DNA of 60,180 nt from a virus. The stretch spans positions 1 to 60,180 of the IMG/VR virus record IMGVR_UViG_3300031965_000029; one strand, given 5' to 3'. Under the pieces are notes generated by a model. The model was not told where the DNA came from and ran no database searches. It saw only the letters and a program-made list of their open reading frames with translations. The translations under genes and the position numbers were made by a program. This document shows, in pieces, positions 24,476 through 34,194 of this stretch (within the stretch, counting starts at the first letter, position 1; each line of letters opens with the position of its first letter).

Positions 24476-25039
24476 TTAATCAAACAATCCCGGATGCCCA
24501 TCCGGCTTAGGCCAGACCTGAAATTCACACGTCGCCGCACATGGGCTGCCCCAGATGCCGACGGCTAGGGCGCGATCCGGCGAACCGCCCTTACCAAGAT
24601 AATCTTCGCGCCAGTCCATGTTGGCCCAGACCGAGGGACGGTGGCGCTCGAACTGGCAACGGCCAACACGGGATGCCCATAATCGCTCCGGTCCGACCAA
24701 GGCCATCTCCTGTACGCCAATGGCAAAGGCGTGGTCGATGAACTTCCTGATATGCTGAAACGGTGGGTTCGTCACGATTACGGGTGCCGGTGCCTTCGAT
24801 GTGGTAAAAAAATTGTCCCCGGTCTGGATGTCGCCGTGGACGACTTCGATACCAGCACCGCGCAGGGCTTCAACGAAGCGGCCATCCCCTGAGCATGGCT
24901 CCCATACGAGGCCGCGCATTGGACGCCAGCGCGATAACAGCACCTTGATGATGCTCTGCGGCGTCGGGTAGAAATCGAATGCCGCCCGTGAATATGCGGG
25001 GTCGGAGTCGAGATCATCGGTGAACATCTGTTTTGTCAT
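24476..25039 (-). CDS. Small orphan N6-adenine DNA methyltransferase
   Basis: Motif I WEPCSGDGRF, followed about 45 aa later by motif IV VTNPPF; 187 aa; no adjacent restriction endonuclease. Confidence 0.7.
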   Translation of the reverse strand: MTKQMFTDDLDSDPAYSRAAFDFYPTPQSIIKVLLSRWRPMRGLVWEPCSGDGRFVEALRGAGIEVVHGDIQTGDNFFTTSKAPAPVIVTNPPFQHIRKFIDHAFAIGVQEMALVGPERLWASRVGRCQFERHRPSVWANMDWREDYLGKGGSPDRALAVGIWGSPCAATCEFQVWPKPDGHPGLFD

Positions 25040-25130
25040 TTATTATCCTGAGTTCTATATCACGATGATTACCGATACGGTGCATTACGTCAACACCTTT
25101 TTTTATTATCCCGTTATGGTACAATATGCC

Positions 25131-25739
25131 ATGACCGACGAAGCAGAAACCGCCGCCGATTTAATTCAATCCGTCTACGACGCGGAAATTAAACCTATCG
25201 AGATCGGAGACTTGGAGTGCGCGGTTCAAGATGTTGACGGCACCCGGTACGTCGCCATCGGCGGCTCCGACGAGGCCGAGGATTGGGTCAGGAACCTCCG
25301 CACGCTACCGTGGCGCTCCGCTGAACTGAAATGTTTCTGCCACATCGGGTTCTTCAAGTCCGCCCGTGCCGCCTATCCAGCCATCCTTCAACGGGTATAC
25401 GCCGCCGAACGTGTCATCGTCTGCGGCCACTCCAAGGGTGCTGCCGAGGCCACCATCTTGGCTGCGTTATTAAAAACTGCTGGGGTCAACGTCGTCAAAC
25501 TGATTACGTTTGGATCGCCGCGCGCCGGGTTCTCGGCCTTGGCTAATCGGTGCAGGTTCCCCGTGGAGCGGTACGTCAACGGCCACGATCCGGTTCCGCA
25601 TGTTCCGCCGAGTGCTCTCTTGATCCTGCGTTACCGTCATGTCGGCGACGAAATACGTCTATCCCACCCCGACAATCCGGGTGGTATCATGGATCATTTC
25701 TTGTACAGATACCGCGCCGCGCTACGACACCACGAATAA
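25131..25739 (+). CDS. Class-3 lipase-like alpha/beta hydrolase
   Basis: VIVCGHSKGAAEA (GxSxG nucleophile elbow), ITFGSPR and NGHDPVPHVP fit the Lipase_3 pattern. Alternative ATG at 25116. An extended -10 (TGgTACAAT, 25117-25125) ends 5 nt (25126-25130) before ATG 25131, so the transcript may be leaderless. Confidence 0.65.
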   Translation: MTDEAETAADLIQSVYDAEIKPIEIGDLECAVQDVDGTRYVAIGGSDEAEDWVRNLRTLPWRSAELKCFCHIGFFKSARAAYPAILQRVYAAERVIVCGHSKGAAEATILAALLKTAGVNVVKLITFGSPRAGFSALANRCRFPVERYVNGHDPVPHVPPSALLILRYRHVGDEIRLSHPDNPGGIMDHFLYRYRAALRHHE

Positions 25740-25742
25740 CCG

Positions 25743-26210
25743 TTACGGTTTCCGCGCCGCCGCCCCGGCTTGGATACGGGCACCTTCCAATGCCGTGTCG
25801 GCCTTGATCTGAGCACCCTGTAGCGCCGCCTTGGCACCGACGGCACCAGTGATGGCCTCCAGCCCTGCAACCCCCAGCACGGCCCGCGTAACGGCGCTGA
25901 CGACTTCGGGAACAGCCTTACCCGTGGTTTCGATCAGCGCGTTTTCCACGGCTCCCCGGATTTCAAATGCACGGAACGCCTTAACATCGGTGGCCGAATA
26001 CTCCACGACGGCACCATCAGGGAACGCTACCTTTAGGCCGACGACGGCTTTCTCCTTGCCGTCGATGATTTCGGCACCACAGATATGACCGTCGCACCAC
26101 GTCACCTTGGCCCTGGTTAGGCCAGCATCGTTCTGGGCGCAGCCGCCGAGTAACAGCGCCGCCGCTGCCAGCACCACGAACCCACCGCCACCACCATTCG
26201 TCATATTCAT
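25743..26210 (-). CDS. Lipoprotein (155 aa) at the end of the lysis cassette; possible spanin component
   Basis: Signal peptide plus lipobox FVVLAAAALLLGG|C. Coupled to the upstream holin-like gene. Confidence 0.6.
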   Translation of the reverse strand: MNMTNGGGGGFVVLAAAALLLGGCAQNDAGLTRAKVTWCDGHICGAEIIDGKEKAVVGLKVAFPDGAVVEYSATDVKAFRAFEIRGAVENALIETTGKAVPEVVSAVTRAVLGVAGLEAITGAVGAKAALQGAQIKADTALEGARIQAGAAARKP

Positions 26211-26446
26211 GTGGTGCTTCCTTCTTTATCGGCCACAGCATCACGTTTCGATTTCAGTGCCGCCAAGATAACATCCTTGAACGCGGCTACGATTTCATCG
26301 AAGAACCCGTACACCACGGATAGGCCCGTCGCCAGCGCAGCGGTTTGTTCCGCCGTGGCTTGGATTCCAAATTCGCTGCTCAACCACCAAATCAATAAAA
26401 CAGCAGACGCGCCGCCGGTGCCAGGGGCCATCAATTTTGAGTTCAT
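26207..26446 (-). CDS. Holin-like two-helix membrane protein
   Basis: GGASAVLLIWWLSS and TAALATGLSVVYGFF hydrophobic segments. ATG 26446 overlaps the endolysin stop (ATGA). Confidence 0.5.
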   Translation of the reverse strand: MNSKLMAPGTGGASAVLLIWWLSSEFGIQATAEQTAALATGLSVVYGFFDEIVAAFKDVILAALKSKRDAVADKEGSTT

Positions 26447-26835
26447 GGGTATCTCCATACTGCGGGGCGTGGGGCGTGGTCGTGGCCGGAATCAAGATGG
26501 ATGAAGGTTTCCCCGATACCGACCCCCCGCATCCCGACCTCAAATGCAAGATTTAGGATAACATACCTCTTTGCTCCAGCCAAGACGCTTAGATCGGCGG
26601 CTTTGCCTTGGGCATGGGAACCTGGGGATGATTTCTTGCGTTCTTCGGGATGTTGGGGGCACCTGAACCCGCTGGTAACAGCGAGGGGTCCGCTGCGGTC
26701 GCGCATGGCCTGTAGCTTCGCCATGAAGTCGGCGTCCATATCGGCGCGGCCATCGCAGTGCCCGCACTTGCAGGCCATTTCTTCACGACTAAACGACGGT
26801 GTATCCGCTGGATTCCATTTCGCTAGATCAGTCAT
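26443..26835 (-). CDS. Endolysin, peptidase M15 (zinc D-Ala-D-Ala carboxypeptidase fold)
   Basis: SHAQGKAADL and IHLDSGHD supply the H..D...H zinc ligands typical of M15 peptidases. Confidence 0.8.
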   Translation of the reverse strand: MTDLAKWNPADTPSFSREEMACKCGHCDGRADMDADFMAKLQAMRDRSGPLAVTSGFRCPQHPEERKKSSPGSHAQGKAADLSVLAGAKRYVILNLAFEVGMRGVGIGETFIHLDSGHDHAPRPAVWRYP

Positions 26836-27176
26836 TTAGCCGTCACCCTATCCGGCATGATGGTCCCCCCAACCCTCGGAACCTGTCTCTCCAAGGCCCC
26901 GACACGGCCACCAAGGATGGCGACTTCTTTTTCCAGTTCGCGCCCATCGGCCATCGGATAAACCGGACCCCTCCCATCTGCCATGTTCTCCAGCCGATCA
27001 ATCCTCGGCTTCAAGGTTTCCAGAACCGCCAGCCGCTCATTCGCCTCAACCGTCGTCAATAACGTCCACCCCGAAATCCCCAATATAATCGGCAACCCGA
27101 TAACCGTTAATATCTGATGCGCGGCGCGGAGTCCGACGCTATCGGCAATGGAGCGGGCGGAGATGTTTTCGTTCAT
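26832..27176 (-). CDS. Membrane-anchored coiled-coil protein (i-spanin- or holin-like)
   Basis: N-terminal TM helix ILTVIGLPIILGISGWTLLTTV, then a helical region. First gene of the lysis cassette. Confidence 0.45.
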   Translation of the reverse strand: MNENISARSIADSVGLRAAHQILTVIGLPIILGISGWTLLTTVEANERLAVLETLKPRIDRLENMADGRGPVYPMADGRELEKEVAILGGRVGALERQVPRVGGTIMPDRVTAK

Positions 27177-27186
27177 GGCTGGTTCC

Positions 27187-30100
27187 TTACTTGGCCTTCA
27201 TCGGCACACCTAATGCGTTATTTGCTCCTTCCTCAAGAGCATCAAACCCGCGCCTAAATCCAATCGCATTTTGAAGCGGAAACATTCTGCGCGCGGCCCT
27301 CATATCTGATTCCTTTATATCTCCCGAAGTCACCGATCCTATGATCGTTGCAGCATCCGTAGCAAGCCCTGATGTCGGTCCCAAAAAACTCTCCACAAGA
27401 TTACGGCTAGCATAGCGGCTCATCGGCGGGGCACCAACCAAACGGCTTACGCCAATAGAACCACGGGTTCCTTTTTCAATCATGTTATTGGCATCAAATA
27501 ACCAGCCCGTTACACCTGATCTATCAATTCCCTCAGCAACCCATACGGCAGGATCATTGGAAAGTTTTTCATTTGGCGTCTTCAAATAATAAGCCAGCAT
27601 ACCTAGACCAACCATCATCGTAACGCCTGCTACAGCCTTAGCATCGCGTTGCTGAATTGCAGCCATCGTCACTCGCTGCATTGATGACATTGAAAATGAT
27701 CTGAACTGCATAACAGTTCTTCCAAGTTCAGTTGACAGCAGCAAAGGTTTCTCCTGACCCGGAGTAACAATGACTTTGTTTATTTCCTTAGACATCGCGG
27801 CGCGATATACCCGTGCCGCATTTACGTCTGTCCAATCATTCGTATTCGCCCACCATATATTGCTATGTTTTACACCATGCTTTGAAAATTGACCATAGAT
27901 TGCACGCGCATCATCATCGTTAATCCCGAATAGAGCAAGGCGCGCTCGTTCGGCGTTATCAATGGTTCCATTTATCAAATTCTCAATGGCTTGCAGCGAT
28001 CTGGTCTGTCCAACGATACCAACGAATTGTTTCAACGCCGTATTCCACGGGGTAATCAGTGTGAGGTATCCAAACGCATTGGTCGCTTTTTTCAGTCCTC
28101 TTTCAAATTTTGAATGTCTTCCGAAATCGTCAAAAACTTCCCCTAAATTCATGGCATAGCTATTGATAATCATATCAATACCTTCACCGCTCGTCTTCAC
28201 GTCCTCTGCGGCAAGACGATATGTTTTCCAATCCTTAATCATTGGAACAATGCCATTTGTAAAATTTCTCATTCCATGCTGAACCACAACATGCCCAATA
28301 TCAGGAATGGACGAAAAAGTCTGCTGACCAAGAAGACGAAGATAATTCAAGTCGCGGGCTACTGCGAATGATCGGCTCAACAAACCATCTGGATTTTTAG
28401 GTAGCGCATACGTTCCCCGCAATCTTTCCCAGATTGCCTTAATCATTTCGATGTCTTCGCCCATGTGGTCATGTAATTTTGTTTGTTCTTCTGGCGTGGT
28501 TGCTTTTGCCTTTTTATTGGAATAGGCATCGTCGATCTGTTTCAGTTTTGAATCCAGATCAAGCCATCCGCGCCCAGCCATTTCAAGATCGGGGGCCATC
28601 GTTCGCGTATAAGCCTTAGCCAATACTGAAATGTCTGTTTCAAGATAATCGACGATTAACTTGGTGGGTATCATAAGCTGGATACCCTTAAGCGGCTTTG
28701 CTTTTAGGTCAGGTGTATCATCATCTAATGCACGCATGAACCCCGGAGCAGATATTTCAACATCATATGGCAACCGTCCTGCCGGAGTTCCAAGAATGCG
28801 GCTTACGGTTTGGGCCGCGATATTATCGAGGTCTCCACGTTCCAGACGTGTGTTCGCTGCCATGATGCGCTTGGCGGCAGCCATGACGGCGCGGTCGGCC
28901 TGAGACAGGCGACCAAACTCACCTTCCTCCCCTTTAGCTAAGGCAGCATCCTTACGCTTTGTGTCGTAATCCGCCCGTCGTTTCACGGCACCCTTAGCAG
29001 CAGCGGATGATTTTCCCTGCCAAGATAAGACTTGTTCTTCCAGAGTATCCCTAAGTCTGACATACTCGTTTTCAAGTTCTGCGATGCGTGCGGGGTCTCC
29101 AATCTTTCCGCCATCAATTTTGGCTCTGGTGCGGCTCATATCATCGGAAATCGTCTGCACACGCCCCTGAATTTCAGCCTTCATAGCCTGCTCGGACTCA
29201 TACCAGTCCGTGATGATCTTTCTGAACCCATTACCATCCGATACAATCTTGTCGTGATTATACATACGCATCATGTATGAAGCGGCTACCTTTGAATCCA
29301 CATCGGCATCCAGAATGCCACGTTCAATGGCTCTGTCTTTCATGGGATCAAACACGGTTTTACGCATCAGTTTTGCTGCTTCGGCCACCTCTATTATGTC
29401 TGAGGCATCATCCTCCCACATGGCACGGCCAACAGCTTTAAGAAAATCATCGTGTGTCAATGCGTTTGGAGTGGACAAAACATCCCCGGCTCTAATGCGC
29501 GCAAGGTCTCCCATTTTCGCTGCATTTCCTGTGCGATACTTTACAAAAATATCATCAACCCCAACCAACGCTGTATAGAGCGGGTAGTTCCATTGTCTCA
29601 TTAAGGATTCAATGGCAACAGGCGAAGCCTTACCCTCAAGATTACCCTTGGTCATCAGGGGGTTCTCAGCCAATTCTTGACCTTGAATCCGCGACACCAC
29701 TTCGGGGCTTGTTTGCAGCCGCAGGGTAGGCGAAGTCTTGCGAATCCATTTAGGCAATTTCCCTAGGCCAGCGATTGTTTCTTCTTCCAGAGTCGGCAAC
29801 GCGCTCTTGGCACCAACCGTACTGCCTCCAGAAATAGGGCCACCGCTGTTTGGGATATTCGATGCTATATCGTCGGCCATACCTTCGCTCTGATCCAAGA
29901 ACCCCTTGGCAAGAGTATCCAGAGCATCCGGGCTTTTGCCGAATACGGCACCGACGCCACCGCCAAGAACCCCACCTAACAGAACACTTCCCGCTACATT
30001 CAGCGCCGATTCCTGAGCCGTCCTTGTTTCCTGTGTCGCCTGTAGAACACCCTCGGTCGCCAGCCCAGAACCGCCAGCAACGGCACCCACACTTAGAGCG

Positions 30101-30543
30101 CCAGCTACGGCACGCTCTCCCAAGCGGCCTACGCGGATCATCTGGCCACCAACGGGTATCAGATTGATTGGGTCTGCAATACCAGCAATCAGTTCCGCAA
30201 CGGTTCCCATCGCGCCACCAGATTGCAGCATCTCAGCGCGGGACCGTTCATTATCAATACGAGATTTTACGCGGGCCACATCTTCAAAGCTGTTGGCGTC
30301 GATGAAGCTGCCAAGATAATCTTCGTATCCTTTGACATCAGACCACGGATCGAACGAACTATCGTATGGTGTGGATGGGTTATCGTAGCCTTCTGAAATA
30401 GCCGTAATGGCCGAACCAACCGTATTTTCTCTCTGGAACGCGGCACCCAACAACGACCCAAACGAAGGATCGGAAGCCGCATCGACTTCATCTATTCCTG
30501 CCGGGGCCAGCCCCGCTGGCTGTGCGTCATCAAGGAACGGCAT
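27187..30543 (-). CDS. Large internal virion/ejection protein (1118 aa)
   Basis: Size and position after the SLT-containing protein, analogous to T7 gp15/gp16. No domain recognised. Confidence 0.5.
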   Translation of the reverse strand: MPFLDDAQPAGLAPAGIDEVDAASDPSFGSLLGAAFQRENTVGSAITAISEGYDNPSTPYDSSFDPWSDVKGYEDYLGSFIDANSFEDVARVKSRIDNERSRAEMLQSGGAMGTVAELIAGIADPINLIPVGGQMIRVGRLGERAVAGALSVGAVAGGSGLATEGVLQATQETRTAQESALNVAGSVLLGGVLGGGVGAVFGKSPDALDTLAKGFLDQSEGMADDIASNIPNSGGPISGGSTVGAKSALPTLEEETIAGLGKLPKWIRKTSPTLRLQTSPEVVSRIQGQELAENPLMTKGNLEGKASPVAIESLMRQWNYPLYTALVGVDDIFVKYRTGNAAKMGDLARIRAGDVLSTPNALTHDDFLKAVGRAMWEDDASDIIEVAEAAKLMRKTVFDPMKDRAIERGILDADVDSKVAASYMMRMYNHDKIVSDGNGFRKIITDWYESEQAMKAEIQGRVQTISDDMSRTRAKIDGGKIGDPARIAELENEYVRLRDTLEEQVLSWQGKSSAAAKGAVKRRADYDTKRKDAALAKGEEGEFGRLSQADRAVMAAAKRIMAANTRLERGDLDNIAAQTVSRILGTPAGRLPYDVEISAPGFMRALDDDTPDLKAKPLKGIQLMIPTKLIVDYLETDISVLAKAYTRTMAPDLEMAGRGWLDLDSKLKQIDDAYSNKKAKATTPEEQTKLHDHMGEDIEMIKAIWERLRGTYALPKNPDGLLSRSFAVARDLNYLRLLGQQTFSSIPDIGHVVVQHGMRNFTNGIVPMIKDWKTYRLAAEDVKTSGEGIDMIINSYAMNLGEVFDDFGRHSKFERGLKKATNAFGYLTLITPWNTALKQFVGIVGQTRSLQAIENLINGTIDNAERARLALFGINDDDARAIYGQFSKHGVKHSNIWWANTNDWTDVNAARVYRAAMSKEINKVIVTPGQEKPLLLSTELGRTVMQFRSFSMSSMQRVTMAAIQQRDAKAVAGVTMMVGLGMLAYYLKTPNEKLSNDPAVWVAEGIDRSGVTGWLFDANNMIEKGTRGSIGVSRLVGAPPMSRYASRNLVESFLGPTSGLATDAATIIGSVTSGDIKESDMRAARRMFPLQNAIGFRRGFDALEEGANNALGVPMKAK

Positions 30544-33500
30544 CAGGGAGCACTCCCCGGAATCATTTCAGGAACCCGTTCGTATTGATCTCTTCGCTCC
30601 CCTCTCAACGATTCGATTTCTTCTGTTACACGTTGCGAAGCGGCAATTCTTTGTTTCGACGTTCCCCATGACGGCACCCATGAAATAGGTGCGCCGTCAG
30701 GTTTCCGTATAGTACTAAGGACGCCATCATTCCCCATGATGGAAACCTGATAAGTCGGACGCCCATCGGCGCCAATTTTAGTTGGGTCTGGGGTCAGATG
30801 AAGCCGTTCCAGCGTAATCGGATTTTCTGGATCAACGAACGTACCGACGGTCACATCATCCAGCAATTGCTGGTTCATCCATTCCGCATCGGAAGCGGGA
30901 TCGTTCGGGAAAACGCCATAGAATTTCTCCGGCGCATATTTCATGTAACGGGATGATCCACCGACTTCTGTGCTTCCCCAAGTGCTGCTGATTTTATCCA
31001 GCGCAAATGTCATGGCCGCATCCATGTTTCCTGTTTTTTCAAATTCCAGACGAGACAAGTTCTGGAACTCAGCCGACATGATGGGATCAAATGTTGGGTT
31101 CGTAAACCACCCCGTACTCATCTTGTCTTCCAGCCAAGACCGCACCTTGGCTTCCCGTGATTTTGTGTCCGACCCAAGTTGTAGATCAAACTCAGCACGT
31201 CGAGCATTGCGAACTGTATCAGTCACCTTCATGGATTCGTGGGCCGTGGTGAACGCATCTTGTGGTTTCATGCCGTATTCGGTATAGGTGCCGATAAGAT
31301 TCGCCAGCGTCAAATCCTGTTCGTTAAAATCGTTCAGCAATTGAGGATTTGAATTTCTCATCTGCCCAACGATGTCGGCACTGAGAACTGCCTGTTGCGG
31401 GTCCATGCTCCGCAAGCCACCTCGCACGATCTGCCTCAATGGTGTCGGCACGATACCGACATTGACGGCGTATTGAACGCTACGGCTGACGACTTCATCA
31501 CGCGGAATTTTTCCCCATGCCTGAGAAGTCATCTCAAAATGAAGGTCAACGTCATTTTTGTCCTGATCCGTCTTTGGATCGAGGACGCCGCCATCATTCA
31601 AAATACTCTGAACCCGCGCTATGGAGCCGGTAACGGAGTCCTGTTTTTCCCTATTTTTATCCAGTAGCAGCGTGAACTGCGTCCTATTGGCATCGCTGAT
31701 GTCGCCGCGCGCCCATGCGGATTCAATGTCCATGTAATTTTTCTGACCACGATTTAGTTCAATCTCAAATGTGGACGTAAACTCGGATTGGCGCTGTACC
31801 TGTGCGCGTTTTTCTTCGGCCTCAATAGCCGCCTGTGTTTCATAATATGTTTTTATTGTGGCGCGGCCTGCGACTTTTTGGTTTGCATTCAAATCGGTTC
31901 GGGCATCAAGACGCTGCAACGCACCAGCGCGGCCCATGCGCGCCGTTTCACCAACGGACTGCGGCTGATTATCAGTTCCAGCGGAGAGGACCATGCCGCC
32001 ATCCGGCACATCTACACCAGCCTTTTGAAGTTTTTCCATAGCTTCGGAGACGTATTCGGAGACTCGTTTTCCAGTACCATCGGCGCGATCTTCCTTCCAA
32101 GGAGTTTCGCTTCCGGTTTCGGCGACGTTACCAGCACCAGAGAAGTAGCCAACGAAAGCCCTTCTGGCATCATTATTGTAGCGCCCCATGTAATCTTCGA
32201 TGATACGCTTGCTGACGGCGCGATTATCTGCTGCATTTTTAATATCTTCGCCTTCTCTGGCGTACATCTTGAAAGTATCAGGCGTGATCTGTCCGGGGCC
32301 AACGGCACCATCAACGCTGGTCTCCGCATCATCATTGTTGCTGGATTCCTGCTGCAAGATAACATCGGCCACTTGATCTACCGTGGGAGCGGTATAATAA
32401 CGCTCCTGTTCCTTGTGCAGCCGCTCCGCATAAGCATCCGCTTCCTGTGGGGTGTTAAATTTCCCCAGGTGGTTCCCGGTATCTTCGTACAGCTTAATGG
32501 CGTCCTCATTGGAGAGAATTTTTCCATCATCGCTTACGGTTGGAATAAGAACTTCTTGTTTCCCATCATTGAAGGAAATGGAGCGAACCGTGCTAATTGA
32601 GCCGTCTTCATTTTTTACGCGCGGGCGATTAAATAGGTCGATGTTTCCTTTTTCGACGAGACCCTTAACTTCCTGCCCCTGCCGCTGCATCGGAGCGGGG
32701 CGCTGGTCGAATATCGCAGCCATTCCAGCCTCTGCACCAACCTCTTGGTCGTATCTAGAACGAATAGGATTCGCGATTTCGTCATACGATGCACCAAGAA
32801 TTTTACGGTTCTCAGGGGTGTTGATAACATCCCACGCCACCGCTGGGTTTTCTACCGACATGGCATCAACGTAGGTCGCCAAAGAATCCCGTGCGGCATT
32901 ATCCACGGCCTCCATCCACACCGGATCACCGGGTTGTGCACCCTTCGTCAGTTGAGCCAGTTTTGTATAGGCGTCCGTCAAATTTTGGGACGCCTTATAA
33001 ACCATGTTTGGATTTTGCCAGTTGGCACCGATCTCATGGATGCTGGTAGCCGCACGGGATTTATTGGAGTCCACACCCCATGCCGTCGTCTGCTTGCTGG
33101 CATGGCTACCGATCAGCAGGTCTACATCGCTTCCATACATGGCGGCTTTGCGCCCAAACAGGTTCTTCTGACGGTCGTTTTGAAGCCCCTGAGATGTTTG
33201 CTCCATCAATGCCTTGATCTTGTTTTGAACCTCTGGGCGCGCATCCAAAGCGGCGCGGCCTTGAAGCGACGTATATCCTGTCGCCCCTGTCGTGGCGTCA
33301 CCATGTAGCAGCGCATTGACTTGGTTCTTGAACTGCAATTCAGCATCATCTGCCGCAATGGTGTCGAAATGATCCGCCGCTTTGAAACCAGCCATCGCCA
33401 TGTTTTCTAGACCAGCCGCGAACGTCTGGAGGCCACGGCCCGCGCTACCGCCGCCGAAATCTTCCGGGGACGCCTGTTGGCGTTGATAGGCAGACGGCGC

Positions 33501-33563
33501 GTTGCTGACCCCACCGGGATCAACCGAGGCAAGTCCCATTGCGAGTGATGGCATGTCGGTCAT
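30543..33563 (-). CDS. Internal virion protein with lytic transglycosylase (SLT) domain (1006 aa)
   Basis: ILQQESSNND...GPGQITPDTFKMY fits the SLT catalytic E-S and GLMQ-type motifs. Start and stop are coupled with neighbours. Confidence 0.7.
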   Translation of the reverse strand: MTDMPSLAMGLASVDPGGVSNAPSAYQRQQASPEDFGGGSAGRGLQTFAAGLENMAMAGFKAADHFDTIAADDAELQFKNQVNALLHGDATTGATGYTSLQGRAALDARPEVQNKIKALMEQTSQGLQNDRQKNLFGRKAAMYGSDVDLLIGSHASKQTTAWGVDSNKSRAATSIHEIGANWQNPNMVYKASQNLTDAYTKLAQLTKGAQPGDPVWMEAVDNAARDSLATYVDAMSVENPAVAWDVINTPENRKILGASYDEIANPIRSRYDQEVGAEAGMAAIFDQRPAPMQRQGQEVKGLVEKGNIDLFNRPRVKNEDGSISTVRSISFNDGKQEVLIPTVSDDGKILSNEDAIKLYEDTGNHLGKFNTPQEADAYAERLHKEQERYYTAPTVDQVADVILQQESSNNDDAETSVDGAVGPGQITPDTFKMYAREGEDIKNAADNRAVSKRIIEDYMGRYNNDARRAFVGYFSGAGNVAETGSETPWKEDRADGTGKRVSEYVSEAMEKLQKAGVDVPDGGMVLSAGTDNQPQSVGETARMGRAGALQRLDARTDLNANQKVAGRATIKTYYETQAAIEAEEKRAQVQRQSEFTSTFEIELNRGQKNYMDIESAWARGDISDANRTQFTLLLDKNREKQDSVTGSIARVQSILNDGGVLDPKTDQDKNDVDLHFEMTSQAWGKIPRDEVVSRSVQYAVNVGIVPTPLRQIVRGGLRSMDPQQAVLSADIVGQMRNSNPQLLNDFNEQDLTLANLIGTYTEYGMKPQDAFTTAHESMKVTDTVRNARRAEFDLQLGSDTKSREAKVRSWLEDKMSTGWFTNPTFDPIMSAEFQNLSRLEFEKTGNMDAAMTFALDKISSTWGSTEVGGSSRYMKYAPEKFYGVFPNDPASDAEWMNQQLLDDVTVGTFVDPENPITLERLHLTPDPTKIGADGRPTYQVSIMGNDGVLSTIRKPDGAPISWVPSWGTSKQRIAASQRVTEEIESLRGERRDQYERVPEMIPGSAP

Positions 33564-33570
33564 TTAAGAC

Positions 33571-34185
33571 TCACCCAACATCTAAGTTATAGAAGTCACC
33601 GACAGCCTTCTGCGGCGATCCTGATCCACTTGATTTTCCGCCAAAACCGTCAAATCCAGACGCCATGGCATATTTTCCACCAAGCGATCCGGCCCCCGAT
33701 AACAGCGTTCCAAGCGCCCCCGCTGTGCCTTCGGACTCCGCCGAATCGGCGCGCATCTTAGACAATCCTGCTTCGGCCTCAAACCCAGCAGCCTGACTAC
33801 GATAGCCATAGGCTTCGAGTTGGGCCTTCTGAATGACGTTGGCGACATCAAGGACATTCGCTTCCCGCGCACCTTCCTCGACATCGGCAAACGAGTCCGA
33901 TCCAACGGTGACGCCACTCGACGCCTGTGCGGCGCGGATTTTACCCATCGCGGCACGGCCCTGTAGGGATTCCTGTTCGGCCCTAGCCATCCCGGCGCGT
34001 GTAGCGTATTCGGCGTTCTGTTCCGCGATTTTACGGTTATTCTCTGCGACTTGGGCATTATAGGATGCCGCCGCCGATGCGGCCTTACCTTGCTGCATCG
34101 CGCCCATGGCAGATACGGCGGTGCCGACGGCGCTCATCGCCATCGACCCCATCATCATCTGTGCAGCAGTCAACTCAAGACCCAT
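33571..34185 (-). CDS. Internal virion protein (204 aa, Ala/Gly-rich)
   Basis: Position between nozzle and SLT protein; N-terminal hydrophobic segment. Confidence 0.45.
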   Translation of the reverse strand: MGLELTAAQMMMGSMAMSAVGTAVSAMGAMQQGKAASAAASYNAQVAENNRKIAEQNAEYATRAGMARAEQESLQGRAAMGKIRAAQASSGVTVGSDSFADVEEGAREANVLDVANVIQKAQLEAYGYRSQAAGFEAEAGLSKMRADSAESEGTAGALGTLLSGAGSLGGKYAMASGFDGFGGKSSGSGSPQKAVGDFYNLDVG

Positions 34186-34194
34186 TTGGCACCC

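Noticed and set aside
31788-32600. 270-aa plus-strand ORF inside the SLT-protein gene. Similar long antisense ORFs are at 15238-16047, 20636-21358, 43939-44736, 46025-46708, 50535-51410, 56952-57752 and 58917-59993
   Set aside because: These are typical shadow ORFs of moderately GC-rich DNA. They lie opposite or out of frame to genes with recognisable domains and have skewed Arg/Ser/Gly/Pro composition with no ribosome-binding sites.
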